A DNA stretch of 49,209 bases, counting the filler, from Bipalium vagum (taxonomy: Eukaryota), in the NCBI GenBank assembly GCA_037834085.1. It is 2 parts of 2 records of this genome, joined end to end, with 100 filler letters (N's around TTAATTAATTAA, not from the genome) between each part and the next. Parts side by side here need not be neighbours in the genome. Positions count along the whole stretch, not along the records: positions 1 to 27,508 come from JBBMKC010088242.1; 1 more part is not named here. One strand, 5' to 3'. Positions 1 through 10,482 of the stretch are shown here, one piece after another. Every line of letters begins with the position of its first letter. The stretch's first letter is position 1. Below the pieces are notes generated by a model. That model did no database searches, had not been told where the DNA came from, and saw nothing but the letters and a program-made list of their open reading frames with translations. The translations under genes and the position numbers were made by a program.

Positions 1-720
1 TTATAATACTTTTTTTGTTTAGATTTTTCAAAATCTGCTCTTCACTTTTTCTCATATACTTATTCTTTTTCAAATACATTTCTGTTGCTTAATTTAAAAT
101 ATTGATCTTGTCATCAACTATACTACCCTTCATTTCCACATTATTCAATATAGTTTCTATTTTTTCTATTTTAGCTTTCAATTTGACTGGATTGATTGTT
201 GTCTTTATTCCATGATTTGGTCCATATTTAAGAATTTTTAGTTCCTCTTTTGATAATTGAATGTTTGAGAGATTAATGACTGTATTTTCTACATTAAACT
301 CATTATAACCTTTTTTATTCATTAGATCTTTTAATTTCTTTAAATGTTTAGATCTGACTTATTTAATTTTGTATTTTGATTCTTCAATGATACAACTGAT
401 AAATATTTTGAACCAATTGTCACCAGTTAATTTGAACAATTCTTGCCTGATATTGAATAATTTGCACATTATCGTTTTCCTTTCTATTCTCAGTTCCTCT
501 ATTCTTCTATTCAATCATTTCTTGCGAACTTGCAACCGATCTTCAATTGTTAATAAATCTGATATTTTCAATTTACTAATGAATTTTGGTGTTAATTTGC
601 GAAATCGACATTCGATTAAAAATCTAAGTGCAAATTGTTTTTTTCCAATTTTAAATAATTCTTTCTGTATTCCAAATAAGCGTTCACAGCGTTATCATTT
701 AATAATTTTAATCTAGTGAA
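1..720 (-). mobile_element. Penelope-like retroelement, N-terminal ORF region (decayed; runs off window start)
   Basis: Minus frame reads FLIECRFRKLTPKFI...KHLKKLKDL...VINLSNIQLSKEELKILKYGPNHGI, matching the FLxxC/PKF and VxNLSxxxLxxxExxxLxxGxNF motifs upstream of Penelope-like RT. Two in-frame stops. Confidence 0.7.
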
Positions 721-1189
721 CAATTATTTTTTAAGTACACGCTTTTTAAAAAACATTTTTGAACACGCAAAATTTTATATATATATCAAGACTTTGTAGG
801 TTTTTCGAGATAAAAATTATTTTTTTATTTTAAAATTACAAAAAAAATTATCCATAATGTTCTTTAATACACAGAGTGTTTAAAAAGTCCTTTCGGAGTT
901 TTTATAATATGTAATATCAACAGAAAATTATTTTATTGAGTTTATTTTGCTAAAATCTGCATCAAGAGTATTATTATTTTATGAAATTAGAAGATAATGC
1001 GAGTGAGAATCCAAAAGAAAAGAAACATTAGTAATAAAAAAAAATAGTTGTACTATTAATTTAAAAGTTTATAATATTTAAAACATTAATTTAATATAAG
1101 TGTAAAATATTAAGTATTCTTTTTGAAATAACTTTAATATTTATTTTAAAAATGAAAACATATTTTGAAGGCTGTAAATCCTGCTGAAA

Positions 1190-1560
1190 TGGTATTATTA
1201 GTACCTGTTTGTACTCATTTTTATTTTCTTTTAATTTTGAATCGCTTTCGTCACTTTATTTGTCATTAATTTTCAGATCTTTTCAATATATTTCTACCTT
1301 GATATGCGTCCTTTGTTAACCTTTCTTTAATAATGTCCAGCTGTTTATCTATTTCTTTATAGTTTGATTTTAGTGAGCATACTCTGAATTAAACTTTTTA
1401 TTAAGCCACTTTTATATTTTTCTTTGCAGAAACTATTGTTTAAAGTATATACTGTCCTGTATCCGTATCTTTTCTATATATATATACTGGTCTTTTTTTG
1501 TTCCCTTTCTCTTTCATAAGATCTAGAAATGGCACTGTTTTCGTCTGATATTTTTCTAAA
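1190..1560 (-). mobile_element. Penelope-like RT C-terminal (thumb) fragment
   Basis: Minus strand gives PFLDL...IYRK/DTDTGQY...NNSFCKEKYKSGLIKSLIQ with frameshifts, resembling the PLE motif LPFLD...VYRKPTxTGxYL..xS.HP..HK.SVIRSL. Confidence 0.65.
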
Positions 1561-1649
1561 GATATGATTTATTAATTCTTTTAACTTAATATTTAATTAA
1601 TAGAAAAATGTTATACAGAATATACATATCAATATGATGATAAACTTGA

Positions 1650-1660
1650 TAATAATAATA

Positions 1661-1694
<34 letters not shown>
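1650..1694. repeat. (AAT)n/(ATT)n microsatellite
   Basis: Directly visible trinucleotide run. Confidence 0.9.
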
Positions 1695-1695
<1 letters not shown>

Positions 1696-2109
1696 GAAAA
1701 TAATATTTTAGAAGAATGAAATTGTAGATTTTAAAATGTAACCAAAGATATAATAAAAGATGTTATAAATAGGAATAAGTTAGAAATAAGTTAGATTGAA
1801 AATCCTATTGATGATTTAGATGTTGTTAATTTTAATTTTTTTAAATGTGTTAAAGAAACAACTTGAAACAAAGATTAAAAAGGATTAAACTTAAAACTCG
1901 ATTTAATTTCGAAACTTATAAAATAATTTTATAAACAATTTGTTAAGATCCTATAAAGATTTAAATCTCAATTAAAAGAAATATTATATTTAGCATTTTT
2001 ACAACGAAATTTTTGTTTATATATATAAAAATTAAAATCTAAATAGTAATTATTTTATTTAAATCTTATTAATCTAAGTCATTTTCTAATATTAAAATAA
2101 TAAATAATT

Positions 2110-3340
2110 CCTCAAACGGATAAAAGAAACGATATTATCAAGGAAATCAGGCTAACGGTGTCTGGGTTATATGTGGTATCGAACGGATTCAGAAGAAAAA
2201 TGTATTTTTTTTATTGTGGTACTTGATCATTCAACCGATTCCTTAGCAAAAATATTAGGTGTATGAATAAACAACCGGAATTTTTTGAAGAAATAATTAA
2301 GAAGAAAAAACTAAAGTTAATAATATTTATTATATGAGTTAAACACATTTTTGTTAGAAGTATTTTCCATCATTTACTACTACTTGCACCCATCTTTCAG
2401 GAAGGCTACGGATTTAATTTTGAAAAAATTCCTGATTTTTTAAGGATATCCAAGAATTGAGCCATTTTATGGTGTCATCATAAGAACAAATCGGCTGGTC
2501 ACTATGCGACATGGAACGGAATATTGTGATAATCCAAAAGAGCTATATCTGGGGAGTACGGCGGGTGAAATAATATGTAAAATTGTTGAATCAATCATGC
2601 ACAGATACACAAACGACGTTCTACGTCTCTCTGTCTCAATTAATATGGCACCAATTTTCCTAGTTTCTGAATTTCTGAAAGTGTTTGGCCAGAGTAAAAC
2701 GATCGACTCCCAAGCATATTGACATTTGGTCTTGCGTTTAACATGAATCTTGGCTGAGCTAATCTTAAATTCTTCATCATCAAACTTTTTTGGGCGCCCA
2801 AATCGATCATCATTTTTGAACCGATGAAACCATTCAAAACATTGTGTTTTTGACAAAGCATCTTTCTCATATATTCACTCTAATAAAAGGTGACTCTCTG
2901 CAGCAGTCTTCTTAAAGGAAAAGTACCCTAACAAAACTTCCCGCAAATTCTGCTTTTTTCTTCATTTTTCAAGATTTTGCAATGTAGATTAACTAAAGAA
3001 GAATTTTTAAACATATCATTCTGACATTTAAATTTGATAGACAAATATTAATATTTTAAAATAACATATTATTTGTAAAATAAATTAAATTTCATGTCAG
3101 GATCAATATTCTATACTGATATCTGAAAATGAAAACGAATACTAACATGAGACCGTTAATCATCCCAAGTCATTAAAAACCCCCAATAAATTGGTTCAAT
3201 ATAAATACAATTGAAGGATCTTGGAACGGTCTCAAAATGCAATTAAAACTCAGAAATTAAACAGACAAATATGAAAATTACATCTTGAAAGTAATCTTGG
3301 TGAGGTTAGATAAAGAAGTAATATTTTGCTATTGAAGGTG
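2110..3340 (+). mobile_element. Merlin (IS1016/IS1595-like) transposase relic, split by a mariner insertion
   Basis: 2110-2254 reads YYQGNQANGVWVICGIER...DHSTDSLAKI. It resumes at about 3084 with IKFHV/GSIFYTD...HETVNH...NINTIEGSWNGLK. These match the Merlin motifs WVFGGIER, GSxIxTD, HxTVNHS and TNxIExxW. Confidence 0.75.
2255..3080 (-). mobile_element. mariner relic (Mos1/mauritiana-like), internally deleted
   Basis: TA then TTAGGTGTATGAATAAACAACCGG TIR-like end at 2255. Minus strand KKTAAESH...SKTQCFEWFHRFKN..RFGRPKKFDDEE. Opposite TIR not found. Confidence 0.75.
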
Positions 3341-3383
3341 ATAAAAAATTAAATTCTGGAAACTTTTTTCTCTAAATAATAAC

Positions 3384-3509
3384 TATTAGATAATAATTTA
3401 AATTATTTGTTTATATAATTGATTCTTGATAAATAAACAGTTTTTAAAAAGTAGTTTAGTGTTTTGCATTTAATGAATAATTTAGGGGAAGAATCCATTC
3501 AACCTATCA
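3384..3509 (+). repeat. 5' LTR
   Basis: Direct repeat of 7321-7446 with about 9 substitutions. Starts TA (mutated TG) and ends CA. Confidence 0.95.
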
Positions 3510-3518
3510 TGGCGACCA
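3510..3518 (+). other. Primer-binding site (probably tRNA-Arg)
   Basis: TGGCGACCA directly after the 5' LTR, complementary to a tRNA 3' end ...UGGUCGCCA. The tRNA identity is inferred from memory. Confidence 0.7.
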
Positions 3519-3639
3519 TACCTACATCATTACTGGAAAGATTCATTCCAGAGACTTTTCAGATTATGATTCAGAAGATGATTCATCCAGACCAGAAGAA
3601 TCATATATCAGGGAAAGACTCAGAGTTTGAAGAATGACT

Positions 3640-4020
3640 TCGCTTGGCCTTCGCACATCCAAAAGTGAATTTTAGACAAGGAGAAGAAGATTTCGAAGTA
3701 TTTTTCAATAAGGCCGAAGAATTGGTGGAGAGGATATTAGCACTGAAGTTAGATAAGAAATTCCTTCTCGTCGAATTGTTACAAAAAGGTCAAAGAAGAA
3801 ATCAGACTTCAAAAGATATCAGACCAGATAGCGGACCATCAAGGAAACTATTAAAGTTGTTTCCGAAATGCGTAGAGAAGAAGAGAAGATAGGCACAGTC
3901 AGAAAGAAAAGAACGAATATTTCATGGATGCGGAAGAATAGGTCACATCCGAAGAACTTGCCCAACACACAAAATGTTTCAAATGTGGGAGTTTTGGTCA
4001 TGTCTAAACATACTGTGGCA
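3640..4020 (+). pseudogene. gag remnant with two CCHC zinc knuckles
   Basis: GCGRIGHIRRTC and CFKCGSFGHV*TYC in shifted frames at about 3920-4016. Confidence 0.7.
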
Positions 4021-4224
4021 CAGAATCAGGAATGTTGGATTTGTTAGAAAAGAAAGAGTTCATGGAATGAGCAGAAATGGAAAAATTATCAACAGCTTAG
4101 GAGAAGAAATTTGGAAACACCAGGTTTCGGACGATTACAGGAAAAACATGGGTGAACGTAGAGATATTGAAGATGAAGACCCAAAAGTTCGGGCTCCATC
4201 AGATGGGGAGGTGATTGGAGCCAT

Positions 4225-7200
4225 GTGTTGACGTCTGAGGACCATTCCCAAACCGTAGCCAGTGGGTACAAGAAGGTGCGAAGCAAAGTTTTAAAATTTC
4301 TTAAAGGAGCATGGCAGGAGGGACAGACAACACAGGGTATTGGTGCAATTGGAGTAAAAAGAAGATCAGAAATAACATTTGACAAAATGGATGGAAGACC
4401 AGGCATGTCTATAAGAATTAATGGCCAAAAATATGAATGTTTGTTGGATACGGGAGCGAAAGTAAATGTCTTGAGCCGAAGAGTTTATGAATCCCCCGGA
4501 GACATCAAATTAGAACAAACAGATGAACATCTTCGGTGCGAAAACAATAGCAGATTAAATATCTTAGGGAGCATCATGACGACTGTACAAGTAGATGAGA
4601 AAATAGAAAAAATTCGTTTCATAGTTGCAGATACAGTTGTTCCTCACGTGATTTTAGGTATTAATCTTTTGGCAAAATTTGATTTAGAGTTGAAGTGGAA
4701 GAAGACCATGAAAGAAGAAGACAATGAAAGAAAAAATCTGTGCACAATTGAAGCTAGATTTGGAAGAATTATAAACAGTGAGAAACGCTTTCATCGGGCA
4801 ATGAATGTGTTAAAGATTGACAAAAACAAGAAACTCGTCAGGTTAGTGAAGATATATGAGAATGTGTTCATGGCAGATAATTCGGATATCGAGTGCACAC
4901 ATCTGGTAAAACACAGAATTCAAACTACTACTATTTCAATTCAAACTACTATTACAGAATTCAAACTACTATTATTAATGTAAAACCTTAGCGACAGCCG
5001 GTTCATTTAGAAGAAAAGATCAATGAGACAATGAAGAACCTACTCGAAAATAATATCATTTGTAGATTCAACTCAGCGTGGAACTCTCCTATGGTCTGTA
5101 TTTGGAAAAAGGAAAAGAAGGATATCAGGATTTGTCTAAATTTCAGACAACTAAATGCAGTAACTGTTAGACCAACGTTCCCGATGCCAATACTGAAGAA
5201 ATGATGGATAGACTTGGGGGATCAAAATATTTTTCCTCAATCAATTTGGGAAACGCTTACTACCTGGTCGAACTTGACAGGGAGTTCCAAGAAAAAACGG
5301 CATTTTCAACGAGGGAAGGACAATTTTGTTTCAACGGAATGTCAATCGGTATTAAAGCAGCTTATGACAAAAGTGCTAAAATACGTTGATCATTCAATGG
5401 TTTATCTTGATATTTTAATTTTTACTGGCAGTATTGAAGAAAATTATGTGGTATTAGAAAAGGTTCTCAACAAAAAACTGAAAGCAGGATTGAAAATAAG
5501 CCCATAAAAGTGTAAGCTTTTTAGATCAGAAATCAAATTTCTAGGATATGATTAACCAGTAGGGCGTTCAGACGGATCCGGCAAAAATTGAGGCTATTCA
5601 GACATTTGAGATACCAAAATGTGTCAAAACAATGAGAATTTTTTTAGGAATTTTGCAATTATTATCGTCGCTTTATAAAGGGATATGCCGACATTTCGAG
5701 ACCATTGGAACAATTGTGCGGAACAACAGAAAAGAAAATCATATGGTCTGATAAGTGTGAACAAGCGTTTCAGAATTTAAAAACAGCTTTAAATAACACA
5801 CCTGTGTTAAGATTTCCAGATTTGAAGCAGTAGTTTTTTTGGACACAGATGCTAGTTCTGACGCAATTGGGGCTGTGTTGTCTCAAAAAGATGAATTCGG
5901 CAAGGAATTTGTAGTGGCATATGGTTCACATTTAATGAGCAAACATAAAGTTGGTTATTGCATCACTCGCAAGAAATTACTGGCGATGTATTACTTTGTA
6001 GTTATTTCAGGCACTACTTGTGCGGAAAACGATTTACATTAAGGTCGAACCATAAAGCTATTGCTTTTTTAATGGTTTCAAAGAAACCGATAACCCCACA
6101 ATTTCAGAATTGGTTAAACTTTTTGAGTGGATTGGACATAAAATTCGAATACAGGCGTGGTAGTGAACACAACAATGCAGATTCAATGTCAAGAACAAAA
6201 TGTGATCAATGCATTCAATGTCAAATTAGACATGAGGACGCAAAGACATCAAAAAATACAGTAAGATCAATCAATATTCTAAACCCAATGTTAAACAACC
6301 ATGATGAATGTGTTTCAAATAATTATAATGATAGCTCAAAGATAAACCCATTGGGTGGTAAAAAACATGAATCCCGGCGAACAAACAAAGAGAATTATTA
6401 TGTCGGTTCATGAAATTTTGACACACGCGGGTGCAGAGAAAGTAGTTTCATATTTGTGTCATAATTTCGATATGCCACGCATGTTTGAATATGTTAGAGA
6501 GGTTATTGACGGTTGGGAGGACTGCAAAAGAACCAAAACCATGACGATAAAAGTAAAATAACAAACTATTGCGATACATTCATCAGAGAAATTTGAAAAA
6601 ATATTTGTTGATGTGTGTGGACCCTTTGCAGTGACCAGAGATGGAAAGAGGTATATTTTAGGTATTATTGATCATTTCAGTCGATACATAAAACTAATGC
6701 CAATTGCAAGACAAGACGAGCAAACTATATGTAAAGCCTTAAAAGAAAAGTGGATTTTGATATTTGGAGCTCCAAAGGAAATACACGTCGACAATGGAAG
6801 AAGTTTTCTATCAGCACAAATGAAGACGCTTGCAACCCATGTCAAAGCAGTTCTAAGTGTATCAAGTTCTTATCATCATATCAGCAACGGAATGATAGAG
6901 AGACAATTCCGCACAGTAAGAGAGATGCTGATGGCGTCTCAAAAGTCAAGAAAAGGTGAAACGTGGGCCTCAATACTTCCAGATATCGAATTTACTATAA
7001 ATGCTACGGTGCAGAAAACAACAGTTAGGAGTCCAGCGGAAATTATATTCGGAAAGAAAATATTTCGTTGAAGAGTGGTATGGCAAAGATAACACATATT
7101 CAAATGATCAATATACAGCGGCAGAAAAAACAAAAGGGATTTTCGATATTGGAGAAAAAGTATTGATAAAAGCTGAAAATAGAAGAAAAATGAACAATCG

Positions 7201-7249
7201 TTTTTTGGGACCATTCACAGTGATAGAAAAAATACATCCAAGAACATAA
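4225..7249 (+). pseudogene. pol (protease-RT-RNaseH-integrase), multiple frameshifts and stops
   Basis: LLDTGA protease; SAWNSP, RICLNFRQLN, KTAFST and YLD-ILIF (YxDD has lost one Asp) in RT; TDASSDAIGAVLSQ and HNNADSMSR in RNase H; IDHFSR, VDNGRSF, NGMIER and GPF in integrase. Confidence 0.92.
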
Positions 7250-7320
7250 AATTCGAGATGAGCTAGGTCGAACTCTTCAGAGTAATGTGGAGAAGATGCG
7301 AAAACTTTTATTGAGGAGGA

Positions 7321-7446
7321 TGTTAGATAATAATTTTAAGTATTTTTTTATATAATTTATTTTTGATAAATAAACAGTGTTTAAAAAGTATTTTAGTGTT
7401 TTGCATTTAATGAATAATTTAGGGGAAGAATCCATTCAACTTATCA
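7321..7446 (+). repeat. 3' LTR
   Basis: TG...CA ends, preceded by polypurine tract 7313-7320 and followed by TSD ATAAC. Confidence 0.95.
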
Positions 7447-7699
7447 ATAACTATAGCCTTAAAATAAAATCTTATAAAATTTTGATTTTTAAAAATATTT
7501 TATAAAAAATGAAATGAAAATAATAGAACCATTTGTGAAACAATTTTATCAAAATATTTTATATAAGATATAATCATTCTATTCTATTCTAGATCTACAT
7601 AAATCTAATTGAGAAGGTTTTTCAAAACCTAAATCATATATAAAGATTTAAATTGCATGATTTTAAAATGATTTGTTTAAAAATTCATAGTTTTTCAAG

Positions 7700-8340
7700 A
7701 ACATAATATTTATTATGAACATGTTATTTTTTACAATAGGAACCTCTTTTTAATGAAATTTTATATAAACACCTTCTGTAAGATTTAAACAAATTTGTGA
7801 ATTTTGTACGTTGGAATTGATTAATGTCGTCCACAACATGTTTCAGTTTTGTAGTTAATTCATTGACATTTTGAAATTGAGCGCCGTATAGACCTGGTCT
7901 GAATTTAATTTCTAAATGTATTCTGCACTCTTCAAATCAGGAATTTTAGCTATCCAACTTAAAATCTTAATGTCACTGGATTTCACAGATTTTTTAAGTT
8001 TGTGAACAGGAGAATTATCTTGTAATCAAAAATCTGTGCCAAAATTTAATTTTAACATTGACACAGTACTTGTTCTTAACAACTCTATATATGCAACTCA
8101 ATTAAATTTTCCTTTGATAACATTGTAAGACAAATACGCCATCTGGCAATGTCATCATCGTAACCATAATTTCGCCACCCCTGCATTGTCGGTACTGTCA
8201 ACAAATAAATTCATTTTTGAGACATATGCTCGTCGATCATCCGGGGTATCCAGACTAAATGGTTTTCCGTCAGTTAAATCTGTTTTTTGCCATACATGAT
8301 TCCACTTCTTTTAATGTGTCTTTGAATAGTCCATAAAGAA
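7700..8340 (-). mobile_element. Tc1/Tc3-like transposase relic
   Basis: Minus strand TDGKPFSLDTPD (cf. SDEKKFNLDGPD), RQCRGGEIMV, QDNSPVH and ILSWIAKIPDL (cf. WPARSPDL). Confidence 0.65.
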
Positions 8341-8799
8341 ATATTCAAACCACATTCAATTTTTAATTTATTTGCATTTACCTTACTATTTCTATCTTTC
8401 AAATATTGCTCCAAGGTTTTCTTAGGTAATCTGAAAGTATTTCATCAAAACCAACTACAACTAAAACTCAAAAAGAAAACTAAAACCAAAAAACATCATG
8501 CCATATCTATCACCAAAATAAATATAAATATTGTTCTGAGCAATAATCAGATTAAAAATTACCATTGATGATTCTGTTAATTCCTTTTTCTTTTTGATAT
8601 TGGCTATTCCTACTTTCACACAATTAATAATGCCATACATCTTTTATCTGACATTAAAAAAAGAATTTTTCATTCATAAAGCTTAAGGGAAATAGCTAAG
8701 AATATTGAAGAAAACAATAGTTATGAAAGTAGGATAAAATTTTTGCTAAAATGTCTTTTTTTAGAGTACAGTTCAAATACAGCAAAAGTTGACTGCCTA

Positions 8800-9400
8800 C
8801 TAGAAATGTATTTCGAAAAATCGTAAAACTTAAAAGAAGCTGCTTCCGACCTCAACATAAAATACCATACCACGTAGAGAATCATCAATGAGTTAAAGAA
8901 AAGTTCTCCTTAAGGTAAAAAACCCACTGAAGGATAAATAGAATCTTACTTCGAATAGAAGAGATTATAAGTTACAATCCAGATTACTCGCTGAAACTGA
9001 TTAAAAAAAGCATTGGAAACCACAAATCAACCGCTTCCAATAGCTATTTCAACAACACTGTTTTACTGTAAAGAACTAACATCGTGAACTGGAATATGTG
9101 AATTGTGAGGTTTCTATACAGAAAAAAACCTATGCATTATAATGCAATGAAAAATTCCCCGTTAATTATGAGAATATCATTTTTGTTGATGAATCGCCAT
9201 TTAACCTGCACTTGCAAAGGTAGCAGACACGTTCCAAAAAAGATACAAGAACAAATATAATTGTCCCTAATGTAAGAGGACGAAATATTTCTCTTATTGC
9301 AAGTATCGGAATTTCTGGTACGTATTATCAAAAGATTATTGATAAAATTACTGTAAATGGTGACATTTTCTCATATTATTTGAGACTTATACATGAATCT
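8800..9400 (+). mobile_element. IS630/Tc1-like (DDE_3-type) transposase relic
   Basis: NIIFVDESPFNLHLQR...IVPNVRGRNISLIASIGISG...TVNGDIFS, preceded by HTH-like LKEAASDLNIKYHT. Confidence 0.7.
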
Positions 9401-10034
9401 AAAGGATGTGTATGGTTCCGGAAATGTATCACGTTAGATAATTAAATATTCACTATATTCTAAATAAATTTTGGATAAATTCTACAACAGATTAATAACT
9501 TTACCATTTATTAAAAATTTGAATTATATGCCCAAAGTAAGACAAACATTTCATTAAAAAAATCAAAAATGAATTGAGTACTTCATTCAAAATTTATTTA
9601 AAAACATAATACTAAAAGTCAACGTCACATTCCATCGCCAATTACTTTCCAAAATTATGATATTAACTAAATTCGAAAAATAACTTAATATTTGTCATTA
9701 ATTTATTTCTTAAATTATCGAACCATAACAAATTCTCATTTACATATTTCCAAAACGTGAAGTATAAACGTTTGATCTTGTTTCTAGGCCAACACGAAAT
9801 TATTTATTATTACTCTTAAAACTTAACATTCTCCAATTGATTGCTTAATACAAAAGTTCATAAGTTATATATTTATCAAGAATATTAAAATATTTAAATA
9901 AAAAAAAATATTTAAAAATTAACTCAATTGGTAAAATTCAAATTTCTGATTATCGAAATTAAATGGTTAAAAACTCTTAATGTTTTGTTAACCTTTTTGC
10001 GTATATATATATATCCAAAAATTCAAAATGCAAT

Positions 10035-10040
10035 TTTATT
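10035..10040 (-). promoter_or_regulatory. Candidate polyadenylation signal of hnRNP L
   Basis: AATAAA on minus strand about 100 nt after the predicted last acceptor. AATAAA is common in this AT-rich DNA. Confidence 0.4.
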
Positions 10041-10138
10041 TGTACGAATAACAAACGTGTATATGACGTAACATTTATAATGTAACTGATGTATTTGCAA
10101 TGCCAATAATGTTCAGCATGTGTTCCTGCCTTGTGTGT

Positions 10139-10482
10139 CTAAAATTGAAAAATTTTATTTCTTGTGTTCAGAAGGTTTTGTAGTTATTTAATAAATATAT
10201 TTACCTAATGCATTGAATAGTCCACTTTGTCCGATTTTAAAGTGATAACTTGATTATTTGATATAAATGTATACATTAAAATCAGATAATCAATAATCTT
10301 AAGTGTATATTGAAGGTTTAATTCTGTTGCTCAATATGAACAAACATAAAATGTGATCAATATCACTGATTTTATTGTTATTATTGAAAATTTCATTCGT
10401 AAATAAATCAAAATGTCAAATGAAAAATTTAAACGAACAAAATGGACAGGTTCAAAGCATTGGTTGTTTATTCTCAACTCAC
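10139..10482 (-). other. Predicted 3'-UTR intron(s) of hnRNP L with alternative donors
   Basis: Stop TAG is directly followed by GTGAGT (10482). Second donor AG|GTAAAT at 10204. Pyrimidine-rich acceptor TTTTTCAATTTTAG ends at 10139. Confidence 0.6.

Larger units (their letters stand above)
3384..7446 (+). mobile_element. Ty3/Gypsy LTR retrotransposon with both LTRs, coding-defective
   Basis: 126-bp LTRs at 3384-3509 and 7321-7446; 5-bp TSD ATAAC (3379-3383, 7447-7451); PBS TGGCGACCA; PPT GAGGAGGA; domain order gag-PR-RT-RH-IN. Confidence 0.95.

Noticed and set aside
369-716. 115-aa plus-strand ORF
   Set aside because: Antisense shadow of the Penelope-like ORF.
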